From Octopus vulgaris (Eukaryota), in the NCBI GenBank assembly GCA_951406725.2, contig OX597832.1:50096001-50160000 (forward strand): a stretch of DNA of 64,000 nucleotides. The letters run 5' to 3'. The notes under the pieces were generated by a model. The model had not been told where the DNA came from. It did no database searches and saw only the letters and a list, made by a program, of their open reading frames with translations. The translations under genes and the position numbers were made by a program. Positions 52,393-64,000 of the stretch are shown here, piece after piece; the stretch's first letter is position 1; the number at the start of each line of letters is the position of its first letter.

Positions 52393-53653
52393 GGTATGTG
52401 ACTACCCCAGTACAGCAAAGGGAGAAAAAATGGTGAAGATGAGATAGCAAGAGGTACCCTCAAGGCACAATAAGGTGGGTAGAGAGAGAATAGGGGTAGC
52501 AGCACTAGTGAAGTCATAAAGTAACTCACAAGTCAAGAGCCCCTAAACAGAGTGGGGTCTGCAGTATTGAGGGGGTTGGCTTTGTACCAGGTTCAGTGGG
52601 GACAGTTAGTGGTACAAGTGTCTTGCTGTACAGGAGATCCATGGCTACCCCTTCAGGAAAGGAAGAAAGGCTGGTGGAGATGAGACAACAGAGGATACCT
52701 TCAAAGCACAATAAGTGGGGATAGAGAGAGAGAGAATAGGGGCAGAGAATCTATGATAGCTAGGTGGGTGGGTAGGTAGGTCGGTAGGTAGTTTGGTCAA
52801 GATATATGTTAGGTTTGTGTGTATGTATATGGATATTTTCTATGTGAAGAAGGTAGGTAGATATGTCACAGGGTGCAAGGTTTAGACTGTACGGAAGGTG
52901 AGGGGCAGTTTTGATATCCATCTCTGCCAGGTTACTAGGATGGAATTGTTGGCCTTATGTAGGTGTTCTGGCCTTTTGTGACAAAATCGTTATAATAGAA
53001 GACACCTTAGGTACCATGTGGTGGGACCGAAACAGAAAAATACACGGTTGGGAAGCAAACTTCTTAAGCCCATCGCCATGCTGCATCTACACACACACAC
53101 ATACATACATACACATACATACATACATACACATATATACATACACCTACATACATACACATACATACATACATACATACACACACACATTTCGATTTAC
53201 AGGCAAGGCAAAAAAATAACTTAATATAAGTAATAAATATAATTAAGCACACACAAATACACACAGACACACACACACAGACACACACACACACACAGAC
53301 GCATATAGCACCCAATAAATTATTGGAAGCTTTGTTTTATATGAATGAGACATCAGTTAAAAAGAGGAACGTAACCATAATTAGAAGTAGACAAAGAAGA
53401 GAGAAGGAAAAACTGTGGTGTGTGTGTGTGTGCATACTTATCCCCCCCCCAGTGTTACCTGATGTATTTCATCTAAAATAAGGTATTCTGTGTGTGCTTA
53501 ATGATACTAATTTGAGCATCTTTTCCAACATAAATATATGTTCAGTCAAGAGTATTTTTCTTTCTATATTGATACGTAGTGCAAAAATAGACCAGAGGTG
53601 CTTTAATGTCACACAATTAATATTACATCTTCATGATAGATAAAGGAAAAATG

Positions 53654-53806
53654 AGTGGCTGTGTGGTAAGTAGCTTGCTTACGAACCACATGGTTCCGGG
53701 TTCAGTCCCCTTGCGTGGCACCCTGGGCAAGTGTCTTCTACTGTAGCCTCGGGCCGACCAAAACCTTGAGTGGATTTGGTAGACGGAAACTGAAAGAAGC
53801 CCATCA

Positions 53807-53847
<41 letters not shown>

Positions 53848-54080
53848 GTGTGTTTGTTTGTCTGTGTTTGTCCCCCCCCCCCCCCAGCATCGCTTGACAA
53901 CTGATGCTGGTGTGTTTACGTCCCCGTAACTTAGCGGTTCAGCAAAAGATACCAATAGAATAAGTACTAGGCTTACAAAGAATAAGTCCTGGGGTCGATT
54001 TGCTTGACTAATGGCGGTGCTCCAGCATGGCCACAGTCAAATGACTGAAACAAGGAAAAGAGTAAAAGAGTAAAAAAAGA
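53654..54080 (+). mobile_element. SINE family A
   Basis: Full body and tail. Confidence 0.9.
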
Positions 54081-54435
54081 GCCAAATGGTAAAGTAGTTT
54101 GCTTTGCAATCATGAGGACCTGGGTTTGATCCCACTCTCTGTTATCTTGGCAAGTGTCATTTTCTATAGCCTACTGTTGAATTGTATCTTGTGAGTGGAA
54201 CTGGGTAAACAGAAACTGTGTAGAAGTTTGTTGGATGGAATTTACCTGTAATCCAAAGTAACATTGTCATCATTGTTCCTGTGAGGTCAACTTTACCTAT
54301 AAGGACCTATGAAATAAGTACCAGTTAAGCACTGGGGGGTTGATGTAATTGCTTGAAAAACATGGGTATTAAATGCAGAGGATTTGTACAGTGTGGGAAG
54401 AAACTGTTATTATGCTCTGCATAATGTGTATGAAT

Positions 54436-54842
54436 CAAGGACATGTTGACTGGGTAGGCAAGGTAGGTAGTACCTACCCTGAATAAAATAGATCAATAGT
54501 AACATTTTCCTTTTATGGCAAAATATGCACCTAATTCATTAAAATTATGAAGGTTACTCTGATTATTAAAATGCAAAATATTTAAATTTTAATATTTTAA
54601 GATTAGGTAGGCATAATTCGCCCCAGCCTTTCACTCTTAGTATTAAAGCTCTGCATAGTAATGCTGTAGTACACATGCTGTGTACATTCCTACAACAACG
54701 TTTTCTTTATGTGCTGTAAAGGCAGAAGTAAATCTGCCTTCAACTCAATCGGGTGTCTGTGTTTCGCTTATTTTTTGTGTTTTACTACATAAATGTCACC
54801 AACTGCCTACCCTGAGTAATTATTACTCACAGCACATGTCTG
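54436..54842. mobile_element. hAT MITE with perfect 8-bp TSD
   Basis: GTATGAAT at 54428-54435 and 54843-54850; inverted homolog of 7732-8256. Confidence 0.85.
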
Positions 54843-54867
54843 GTATGAATGATGGAGCAGAAATAAG

Positions 54868-55080
54868 TGGTGGCGAACTAGCAGAAAAGTTAGCACGCCA
54901 GGCGAAATGCTTAGCGGTATTTCGTCTGTCATTACGTTCTGAGTTCAAATTCCGCCAAGGTCGACTTTGCCTTTCATCCTTTCGGGGTCGATAAATTAAG
55001 TACCAGTTACGCACTGGGGTCAATGTAATAAACTTAATCCCTGTGTCTGTCCTTGTTTGTCCCCTCTATGTTTAGCCCCT
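54868..55080 (+). mobile_element. SINE family B
   Basis: Full body. Confidence 0.85.
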
Positions 55081-55381
55081 TCAGTCAAGTACTGGATTTG
55101 ATGTAATTGACTTACTCTCTCCTGCAAAGTCCCAGGCCTTGTCTCAAAATTTGGAACAACTTATTTAATTCCAAGTCAGCAAAGGTATTTTGGATTACTA
55201 TTAAAGAATGCATTCTTCAATTTGTTTAAAAAATGAGTTGAGGTTTGATTGGCGGGCAATTAAGCTGTTGAATTAGGGATCAATTAATCTGTTGTTTATA
55301 ACAACAGGTTGAGCAGCTGTTGAGATCAGCTTCGTCTCTGTCCCTTGTCTCCCTGCCTTACGTTTTTTTTTTCACCTGCAG

Positions 55382-55479
55382 ATGTCTCGATCTATGGATG
55401 TTCAACCTGAACATCACATTACTCTCCACCCCCCGCTCCATCGGCCTCACCAATTTGGAAGAACCTGCAAAGATCATGG
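55382..55479 (+). other. Candidate coding exon (phase 0 MSRSMDVQPEHHITLHPPLHRPHQFGRTCKDH; alternative frame CLDLWMFNLNITLLSTPRSIGLTNLEEPAKIM); 3' end uncertain
   Basis: Very strong acceptor TTTTTTTTTTCACCTGCAG; raised GC; two frames open; only a weak GC donor (GCATGG) follows. Confidence 0.35.
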
Positions 55480-56104
55480 GCATGGCTTCTTCTCCTCTGA
55501 ATTCCTTCTTTTCTCTCTCTCTCTCTCAATCTTTTTTTTTTTTTTTTTTTTTAAAGAAAAACGTGTTATTAATAGCATGCTCTGTTTATACACATCTTTA
55601 TTTCGCAAACTTTCCCTTTTCCGTTGGCTGTTCATTACTCCTGGTTTCTGCATCATTTCACAACTTTTGAATAATACACCTTTTATTGTTTTGTATGTTT
55701 GTATGTGTATTTTTGCTAAGTAAATACACATAGATACATGGTGGGGGGGGGGCAGAGAGAGAGAGAGAGAGAGAAGAATGTACAGATGTTATTACATTAT
55801 TTTCCAATGGAGAATAGTGTGATTAAATAGGCAGATAGATGATTAGAGACTCGTGAGGGAGAATGGCAAAGAGGAAGCATATATTTGTAATGGAGAATTG
55901 ATGTAAGGAATAGATAGAGGTATATATAGATAGATGGATGGATAGGTAGATAGATAGATAGATACATGGATTGATAGAAGAGAGTGAGAGAGAGAGTGAG
56001 CATGGTTTGTTATCATGTTGCTTTGAATTGATAAACAAACAATTTAGTAGTTGATGTATGAATGAATAAACATACAAAATAAATGCGAAGATAGTCAATA
56101 TGGA

Positions 56105-56309
56105 ATTTATATATATAAACGTGTGTGTGTCAATATATATATATATATATGTCTGTGTGTCAATATATATATATATATATATATATATGTCTGTGTGTCA
56201 ATATATATATATATATATATATGTATGTATATGTATGTATGTGTATATGTATGTATGTATATATGTATATGTATGTATATATATGTATATATATGTATAT
56301 ATATGTATG

Positions 56310-56366
<57 letters not shown>

Positions 56367-56417
56367 GTATATATGTATGTATATATATATATATGTATGT
56401 ATGTATATGTATGTATG

Positions 56418-56460
<43 letters not shown>

Positions 56461-56469
56461 GTATATGTA

Positions 56470-56505
<36 letters not shown>

Positions 56506-56511
56506 TGTATG

Positions 56512-56548
<37 letters not shown>

Positions 56549-56670
56549 ATATATATGTTTATAAGTGTATGTGTGAAGGTAGTCAATATGGAATATATAT
56601 ATAAACGTGTATGTCAATATATATATGTGTGTATATATATGTGTATATATATATATATATATATACTTAT
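56105..56670. repeat. (TA)n/(TATG)n compound microsatellite
   Basis: Direct inspection. Confidence 0.95.
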
Positions 56671-57089
56671 ATGGATATGTGTATTTGTATATTGCACATA
56701 TAAATTTATATCTATGTGTGTGTGTGTGTGTGTGGGTTCATACGTGGCTGTGTAACACCAGCTTTCTATGTTTGGCAGCGTGAGTTATATTTCATCGTTT
56801 GCAGTAGTTTTTCGTGGAATAAATCACAGGTGCAAATAAGATGCACCTCTCACTCCATCACCATCAAACCCCAACACCACCACCACCACCCTCTCACAGA
56901 TATTTTTTCACTCCATTTTTCTTTTTGTTTTTAGTTAGTTTTGTTTTTTTTTCTTTTTGGCTTATGTACGTTTTATCTGTTTGTGAATCTTGATGCATTA
57001 ATATATATCTCTGAGGTGTGTATAGGGTGTTTAGGAATTTTTTTGGTATCATGTATTTTGTTCAATATGTATGTTGGTACACATATGCA

Positions 57090-57113
57090 TGCATGTGTGT
57101 GTGTGTATGTATG

Positions 57114-57150
<37 letters not shown>

Positions 57151-57203
57151 ATGTATATATGTGTGTGTGTGTGTATGTATATATGTGTGTGTGTGTGTGT
57201 GTG

Positions 57204-57244
<41 letters not shown>

Positions 57245-57645
57245 GTGTGTGTGTGTATGTATATATATATGTGTGTGTGTGTGTATGTATATATATGTGT
57301 GTGTGTGTGTGTATGTATATATATATGTGTGTGTATGTATATATATGTGTGTGTGTATGTATATATATATGTGTGTGTGTGTGTATGTATATATATATAT
57401 ATATGTGTGTGTATGTATATATATGTGTGTGTGTGTATATAAGTATGTGTGTGTATGTATATATATGTGTGTGTGTGTGTGTATGTATATATATATGTGC
57501 GTCTATGTATATATATGTGTGTGTGTGTGTATGTATGTGTATATATATGTGTGTGTGTATGTATGTGTATATATATATGTGTGTGTATGTATATGTATAT
57601 ATATATATGTGTGTGTGTGTGTATGTATGTATTTATGTATATGTA
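57090..57645. repeat. Alternating (TG)n/(TA)n microsatellite
   Basis: Direct inspection. Confidence 0.95.
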
Positions 57646-58372
57646 GTTGAAATATGAAGCAGCAGGTAGAGCTATTTAGTAACCAGATTTATAGCTTCAT
57701 GGATCCTTCCTTTCCTCCGAAAACAAACAAAGCCTTAAATCCCCGTTGAGCAAAAAGCAAAAAGTAAAAAGTAGATAAATAGGTGCATATATATACAGAG
57801 ATATTTGTGTATGTATGTATGTGTGTCTGTGAATTTTTCTGTGTGTATATCGTGCATACGCATACGCACAAAATATGAAGATGAATGAAAGGAAATTTGA
57901 GCTATGATCTCTTTCTCTCTCTCCCCATCTCCCCATGTATGCACCTAAAAATAAACTAATGTCATATATCCATATTATTACAATTTATGTATACTGATAA
58001 GTATGTGTGTGTGTGTGTGTATATATACATATATACACATATATATATAAGCGCAGGAGTGGCTGTGTGGTAAATAGCTTGCTTGCCAACCACAAGGCTC
58101 TGGGTTCAGTCGCACTTGGGCAAGTGTCTTCTACTATACCCTTGGGCCAACAAAAGTCTTGTGAGTGGATGTGGAAAACGGAAACCGAAAGAAGTCTTGT
58201 TATATATATAGTAGAAGACACTTGCCCAAGGTGCCACACAGTGGGACTGAACCCGGAACCATGTGGTTCGTAAGCACGCTTCTTACCACACAGCCACTCC
58301 TACGCCTCGCGTGTGTACCGTTGGCGATTTTTTACCTCTGTCTTCCCTTCTCTGGATCTTTCCTTCTCCTAT

Positions 58373-58406
58373 GTTTCGACGAAGAGCTCCGCTCGAAACG
58401 TTAAAC
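58373..58406 (+). ncRNA. Minimal hammerhead ribozyme in a Penelope-like fragment (58305-58497)
   Basis: GTTT-CGACGA-A-GAGC-TCC-GCTC-GAAA-CG-TT-AAAC; same family as 40820. Confidence 0.55.
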
Positions 58407-58934
58407 CCTCCTTCTTTCCTGAGCGTCCAATAATACTATATTTGTTCCACGTTCTTGCGTTGTTGTGTTTTTTTGTGCTTTCTTGTTTGAATTAACTATA
58501 TATATAAAAGCACGTAAAAAGCACCCATACACTCACGGAGTGGTTGGCGTTAGGAAGGGCATCCAGCCGTAGAAACACTGCCAGAACAGACTATGCTTGG
58601 CATAGTCCTTTGACATGTAAAATCCTGTCAAATCATCGAACCCATGCCAGCTGGCAATATGGACACTAATGATGATGATGATGATAGCTAACGTCAAATG
58701 GACAGCTGATATCCCTCTAGAGCATATTTTTCACTTTGTGTGCTCCAAACAACAATATCAGATCCTTCATGTTTTGATATGGTTGCTTTTCATATTCTTA
58801 GGATCTGTCAATGTTTTTTCTCTTTTTGCAATCCATTACTCTTAACATGTTCCTCTCTATTCGCTTATACTTTTTGTTACTTTCTTATTTTACCCCAGAT
58901 TGCTCTGGCTACCATCACATCATGCCATGTGGGA

Positions 58935-58972
<38 letters not shown>

Positions 58973-59157
58973 AGGTATGTAATTTGTGTGTGTTTGTTTA
59001 TTCCTTGCTCCATATTTACCGTTTTATATTTGCCTGTTCGTTTTGTATTTCTCCTTATACTTACTTACTTATGTTTACTCAGTCTTCAGAATTGGACTTA
59101 AACTTGCTTGTTGCTATATCTGAAATTTGAAGCTAGGGGAGGTTGTTCCCCTCCTCC

Positions 59158-59592
59158 TCATCGTCATCATTATCACTGTCACCATCATCATCACCGTCAT
59201 CATCATCATCATCATCACCATCACCATCATCATCATCACTATCATCTTCATCATCATTACTATCATCATCACTATCATCATCATCATCGTCATTACCCCC
59301 ATCATCCATCCCCATCCACCATCATCATAACCATAATCATCATCACCACCACCATTATCATCATCACCACCAACACCACCATCATCATCATCACCACCAA
59401 CACCACCATCATCATCATCACCACCAACACCACCATCATCATCACCACCAACACCACCATCATCATCACCACCAACACCACCATCATCATCACCACCAAC
59501 ACCACCATCATCATCACCACCAACACCACCATCATCATCACCACCACCATCACCAACACCACCAACACCACCATCATCATTATTATTATCAT
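59158..59592. repeat. (CAT)n/(CAC)n repeat grading into 24-27 bp units
   Basis: CACCACCAACACCACCATCATCAT repeats. Confidence 0.95.
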
Positions 59593-59995
59593 CCTGTTCA
59601 TCTGATCATTGCGAAGTTAAAGATGGTGTTGAAGAACCACTGTAAACATTTATATTTTAACAGCAATCACAGTTTGTATTTACAGCTTATCTATTTCGTT
59701 AATCATACATCTTCCTCATTCTCACACGAAACAACAACCCCCCACCGCCACCACCGTCTCATACTTCTCTCTCACACTCTTTCTTTTTGTCTTCCTCTCT
59801 CTCACTTTTTCATTCCTTGTTCCTCTTTCTCTCATTTTCTCAATATTTAATTCTCTCTCATTGGTCTCTATTACTTCATCAAACTCATGCCTGCCTCCTC
59901 TCTTCATCTGCATTTATTCTTTCTTTCTACCTTTTTCATTCTTACTGTATAAAATGTGTTCAAATTTTTATATTTTGTGCAACTGGCTGCATATA

Positions 59996-60397
59996 GGCGC
60001 AGGAGTGGCTGTCTGGTAAGTAGCTTGCTTACCAACCATACGATTTTGGGTTCAGTCCCACTGCGTGGCACCTTGGAAAAGTGTCTACTACTATAGCCTC
60101 GGGCTGACCAAAGCCTTGTGAGTGGATTTGGTAGACGGAAACTGAAAGAAGCCTGTCGTATATATATATACATGTGTGTGTGTGTGTGTGTGTGTTTGTG
60201 TGTCTATGTTTGTCCCCCCAACATCGCTTGACAACCGATGCTGGTGTGTTTACGTCCCTGTTACTTAGCGGTTTGGCAAAAGAGACCGATAGAATAAGTA
60301 CTAGGCTTACAAAGAATAAGTCCTGGGGTCGATATGCTCGACTAAAAGGCGGAGCTCCAGTATGGCCGCAGTCAAATGACTGAAACAAGTAAAATAG
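59996..60397 (+). mobile_element. SINE family A
   Basis: Full length. Confidence 0.9.
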
Positions 60398-60675
60398 TAT
60401 AGCAGAAATAACAGCTAAAATTCACCGAAACTACAGCCTGCTGTCTTAAAAGATAAAGTAAAAAAAAACGATGACTTCATCATTGTTGAATCATGTTTCA
60501 TCATAGGCCTGTTGATCTGGACTAAACAACAGCAATAAGTTCTCTAATCAATATGCAAATATATTAATTGAATGAAACCAATCCAAACCATGTTAGTATG
60601 TAAGAATTGATGGAAGAAAAAAAAAACACATAATTGCATTTTTCTTTTTGTATATGTTTTAAATTCCTTCTACTG

Positions 60676-61085
60676 TCTTTACTCTTTAACTTGTTTCAGT
60701 CATTTTGACTGCGGCCATGCTGGAGCACCGCTTTTAGTCGAGCAAATCGACCCCGGGACTTATTCTTTGTAAGCCCAGTACTTATTCTATCGGTCTCTTT
60801 TGCCGAACCGCTAAGTGACGGGGACGTAAACACACCAGCATCGGTTGTCAAGCAATGCTAGGGGGGACAAACACAGACACACAAACATACACGCACATAC
60901 ATATATATATACACATATATACGACAGGCTTCTTTCAGTTTCCGTCTACCAAATCCACTCACAAGGCATTGGTCGGCCCGAGGCTATAGCAGAAGACATT
61001 TGCCCAAGATGCCACGCAGTGGGACTGAACCCGGAACCATGTGGTTGGTTAGCAAGCTACTTACCACACAGCCACTCCTGCACCT
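60676..61085 (-). mobile_element. SINE family A
   Basis: Full length, reverse complement. Confidence 0.9.
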
Positions 61086-61246
61086 ATCCTGTCCGTTTAA
61101 CACAAGTATTTCTAAGATTATAATTTTTGGACTAATTAACTGCATTTTTGGAAATGAAACATTTCTGAATGTTGATATATAAGCCGCATTTTCATCAATC
61201 TCATCTCCAATCATTATTGGGTATTATTATATGTCTAGAATCTAGA

Positions 61247-61923
61247 CATGGTTCTCAACCATTTTTAGCCTATAAATGTGATACCAGTGCCGAGCTGTGA
61301 TACCAGTGCTGGTGGCACGTAAGAGAACCATCCGAATGTGGCCGTAGCCAGCGCCGCTCGACTGGCCTCCGTGCTGGTGGCACGTAAAAAGCACCCTCCG
61401 ACCATGGGCGTTGCCAGCTTCGTATGGTCCCCGTGCTGGTGGCACGTAAAAAGCACCATCCGATCGTGGCCGTCTGCCAGCCTTGCCTGGCACCTGTGCC
61501 AGTGGCACGTAAAAAGCACCCACTACACTCACGGAGTGGTCGGCGTTAGGAAGGGCATCCAGCTGTAGAAACACTGCCAGATCAGACTGGGCCTGGTGCA
61601 GCCTTCTGGCTTCCCAGACCCCAGTTGAACCGTCCAACCCATGCCAGCATGGAAAGCGGACGTTAAATGATGATGATGATGATGAAAACCCTTTGATTCC
61701 TATTTTATTCAAAGAGGGGACCCTCATAGCCATTCAATGTCTAAAAACTCCCTATTATATTTCTATGATTAAATATTATTAGGAATTGAAGAAAAAGTTG
61801 TTTAAATATTTTGGGCAGGGTATAAAGGTAACAAATTTATTGCAGATAAATTTTGAGGACAAAATCTTATGTGGACCTATCCAAGGATCATATCAACTCC
61901 CAAGGGCTGCTTGAGAACCACTG
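61247..61923. mobile_element. hAT/Charlie-like MITE with nested family D element (61290-61684)
   Basis: CATGGTTCTCAA / TTGAGAACCACTG; TCTAGA flanks; homologous to 35000-36064. Confidence 0.75.
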
Positions 61924-62010
61924 GTCTAGATTATAGTACTGCATAGCAACACCAGGCTGGATTTGAACTTGGGAATTTGTTTCCTAAAGGTTCCTGACTG
62001 TTAGTGTATC

Positions 62011-62380
62011 TTTTACTTGTTTCATTCTTTGAACTGTGCCCATGCTGGGGCACTGTCTTGAAGGGTTTAGTCGAAGAAATCAACCCCAGTGCTTTTTTTT
62101 TTATGGTTGGTACTTTTATGCTGTCAGCCTCTTTTGCCAAACAGCTACGTTATGGGGATGTAAACAAACCAACACCGGTTGTCAAGTAATAGGTAGGAGG
62201 ACAAACACACACACATTCAGCAGACTTCTATATAGCCTCTTCCTACCGAATTCACTCACATGGCTTTGATCAACCCAGGGCTATAGCAGAAGTCACTTGC
62301 CCAAGGTGGCAGACAGTGGAACTGAACCTGAAACCATGTGGGTGCAAAGCAAGCTTGTTAACCACTTAACCATGCCTGTG
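62011..62380 (-). mobile_element. SINE family A, old and degenerate
   Basis: Diverged reverse complement. Confidence 0.7.
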
Positions 62381-63390
62381 CACACACACACGCACATACA
62401 TTATATTATATATTTTATTTTAAGAAGGAATAATAAAAAAAATAACTTTAAACATGTTTATATGCTATTATGATCCATTATTTTCGGCAGGTAGCATGCA
62501 CTGTTACATTTGTAAAATATTGCTAATATTTCACTATTAAATACAAAGTGCAATGCTTTTAGGTTAGAAATTTCTCAATGGTTTCACTTGTCATTTTGCG
62601 TTGATGCACAATTCCCTATAATTAACAAAACTACTGCCATTTTTGATGACAAAGGTACACAATCATCATCATCATCATCATCATTTAGCACCTGCTTTCC
62701 ATGCTGGCATGGGTTAGACAGTGTGACTGAAACTAGCAGGTTGGAGAGCTGCGCCAGGTTCCAATCTGATATGGGTTGATTTCTACTGCTGGATGCCCTT
62801 CCTAATGCCAAGAAATCTTATATAATGAAATTAGCTAAATTTATAAGACACCAATGAAAGAGCTGTGTGCTCAACCAGCTAGAAATAGCTGCCAAATTTC
62901 CTTTAAGTCATGTTTTACTAGGTTGTTACCTATCGCTATGCTGCTGGTAAAAATCTTTGTTAGCCATGCATGTAACCTTTATAAATTGTTCAAAGTGAAA
63001 CTCTTTTTTTTAAAGTCTGGGTTGTGTTGTCTATATGTTGAAAGACATACAGAAGCCTACATACACTAACAACCTCCCGCCTAAAAAAAAAAAAAACTAT
63101 GTATTTTATATATAAGTCTTTTTTTTTTGAAGTCTGTGTTTTGTTGTGTTGACAGACTTGCACTTAAAATTCCTGCATTTTTAATCAAAACTTGTTAGTT
63201 ACTAAGGTGGAGACACTACCTATGTATCTGTCTTTCACACACTCTCTTTCTCTCTCTCACTGTATTTCTCACTCAATAACAACTTTTCTCCTCCCCTTCT
63301 TCCCTTTCTCTACACGTTTATTGTTACAGACAGTCAGAGATCAGCTTCTCTTTTATAATATAAGATTGTTTTAACAATGTACAGTATCAC

Positions 63391-63610
63391 TTTGTTTCAT
63401 TCATTGGTCTGTGACCATGCTGGGGTACTACCTTGAAAGGTTTTAGTTGAACAGATTGACCTTAGTAGTAATTTTTTAAGTAGCCTGGTACTTACTTTAC
63501 TGTCGCTTTTGCTGAACTGCTAAGTTATGGGGACATTAACAAACCAACACTGGTTGTCAAGTAGCGGTGGACAAAGGCAGGCACACACACACACACACAC
63601 ACGCACACAC

Positions 63611-63648
<38 letters not shown>

Positions 63649-63750
63649 TGGGTTTCTTTCAGTTTCTATCTACTACATCCATTCACAAGGTTTTGGTTGG
63701 CCCAGGGCTATAGCAGAAGATCATATTGTTGGGACACAAGCTTCTTAACC
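63391..63750 (-). mobile_element. SINE family A, old and degenerate
   Basis: Diverged reverse complement. Confidence 0.7.
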
Positions 63751-64000
63751 TCTCATACTTTAAAATAAATAAATAAATAAAATAAAATAAAAATTAAGAC
63801 AGGTTAGTCATGGCTGGAACATCTTTGACTATGTCTGCCCAATCAGAGTTGACTAGGGCTAAACAGCAACAACTAAATTTATCTCTGTTATTTAAATCAA
63901 GTCTACATTTGTCTTGTATTGTTTTCATGGTGACCTTTCTCTGGTTATAATTGTTTGGCTACTGCAAAAGGTCACTGTTAAAATGGAATACAATTCGATA

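Noticed and set aside
2692-57657. Many YI/CV/HT-rich ORFs in the supplied track
   Set aside because: They are translations of (TA)n, (TG)n and (CA)n microsatellites, open in several frames on both strands
59108-59850. His/Ser-rich ORFs
   Set aside because: (CAT/CAC)n repeat open in many frames
10988-61182. Recurring peptides such as EDTCPRCHAVGLNPEPCG
   Set aside because: They are translations of the non-coding SINE A head

Overview
This is AT-rich eukaryotic, repeat-dominated DNA. The tRNA-derived SINE families and abundant (TA)n/(CA)n microsatellites suggest an Octopus-type cephalopod genome, which is an inference. No complete protein-coding gene is present, and nearly all ORFs in the supplied track are microsatellite or SINE artefacts. 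The window contains four recurring SINE-like families, hAT-, piggyBac- and mariner-type MITEs or relics, two non-autonomous Helitrons and RTE-LINE 3' ends. Scattered + strand splice signals suggest the long-intron 5' part of an unidentified gene, including a candidate recursive splice site and a candidate microexon. The most interesting hidden signal is about 15 minimal type-I hammerhead ribozyme motifs from at least 6 sequence families. They lie in short Penelope-like (pLTR/retrozyme-like) fragments, often in or next to (TA)n tracts and often in inverted or tandem arrays. Most have a palindromic helix III, implying cleavage as dimers, and two unrelated families carry the compensatory U3-A8 core variant. 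All motifs were read by eye and no searches or folding programs were run.
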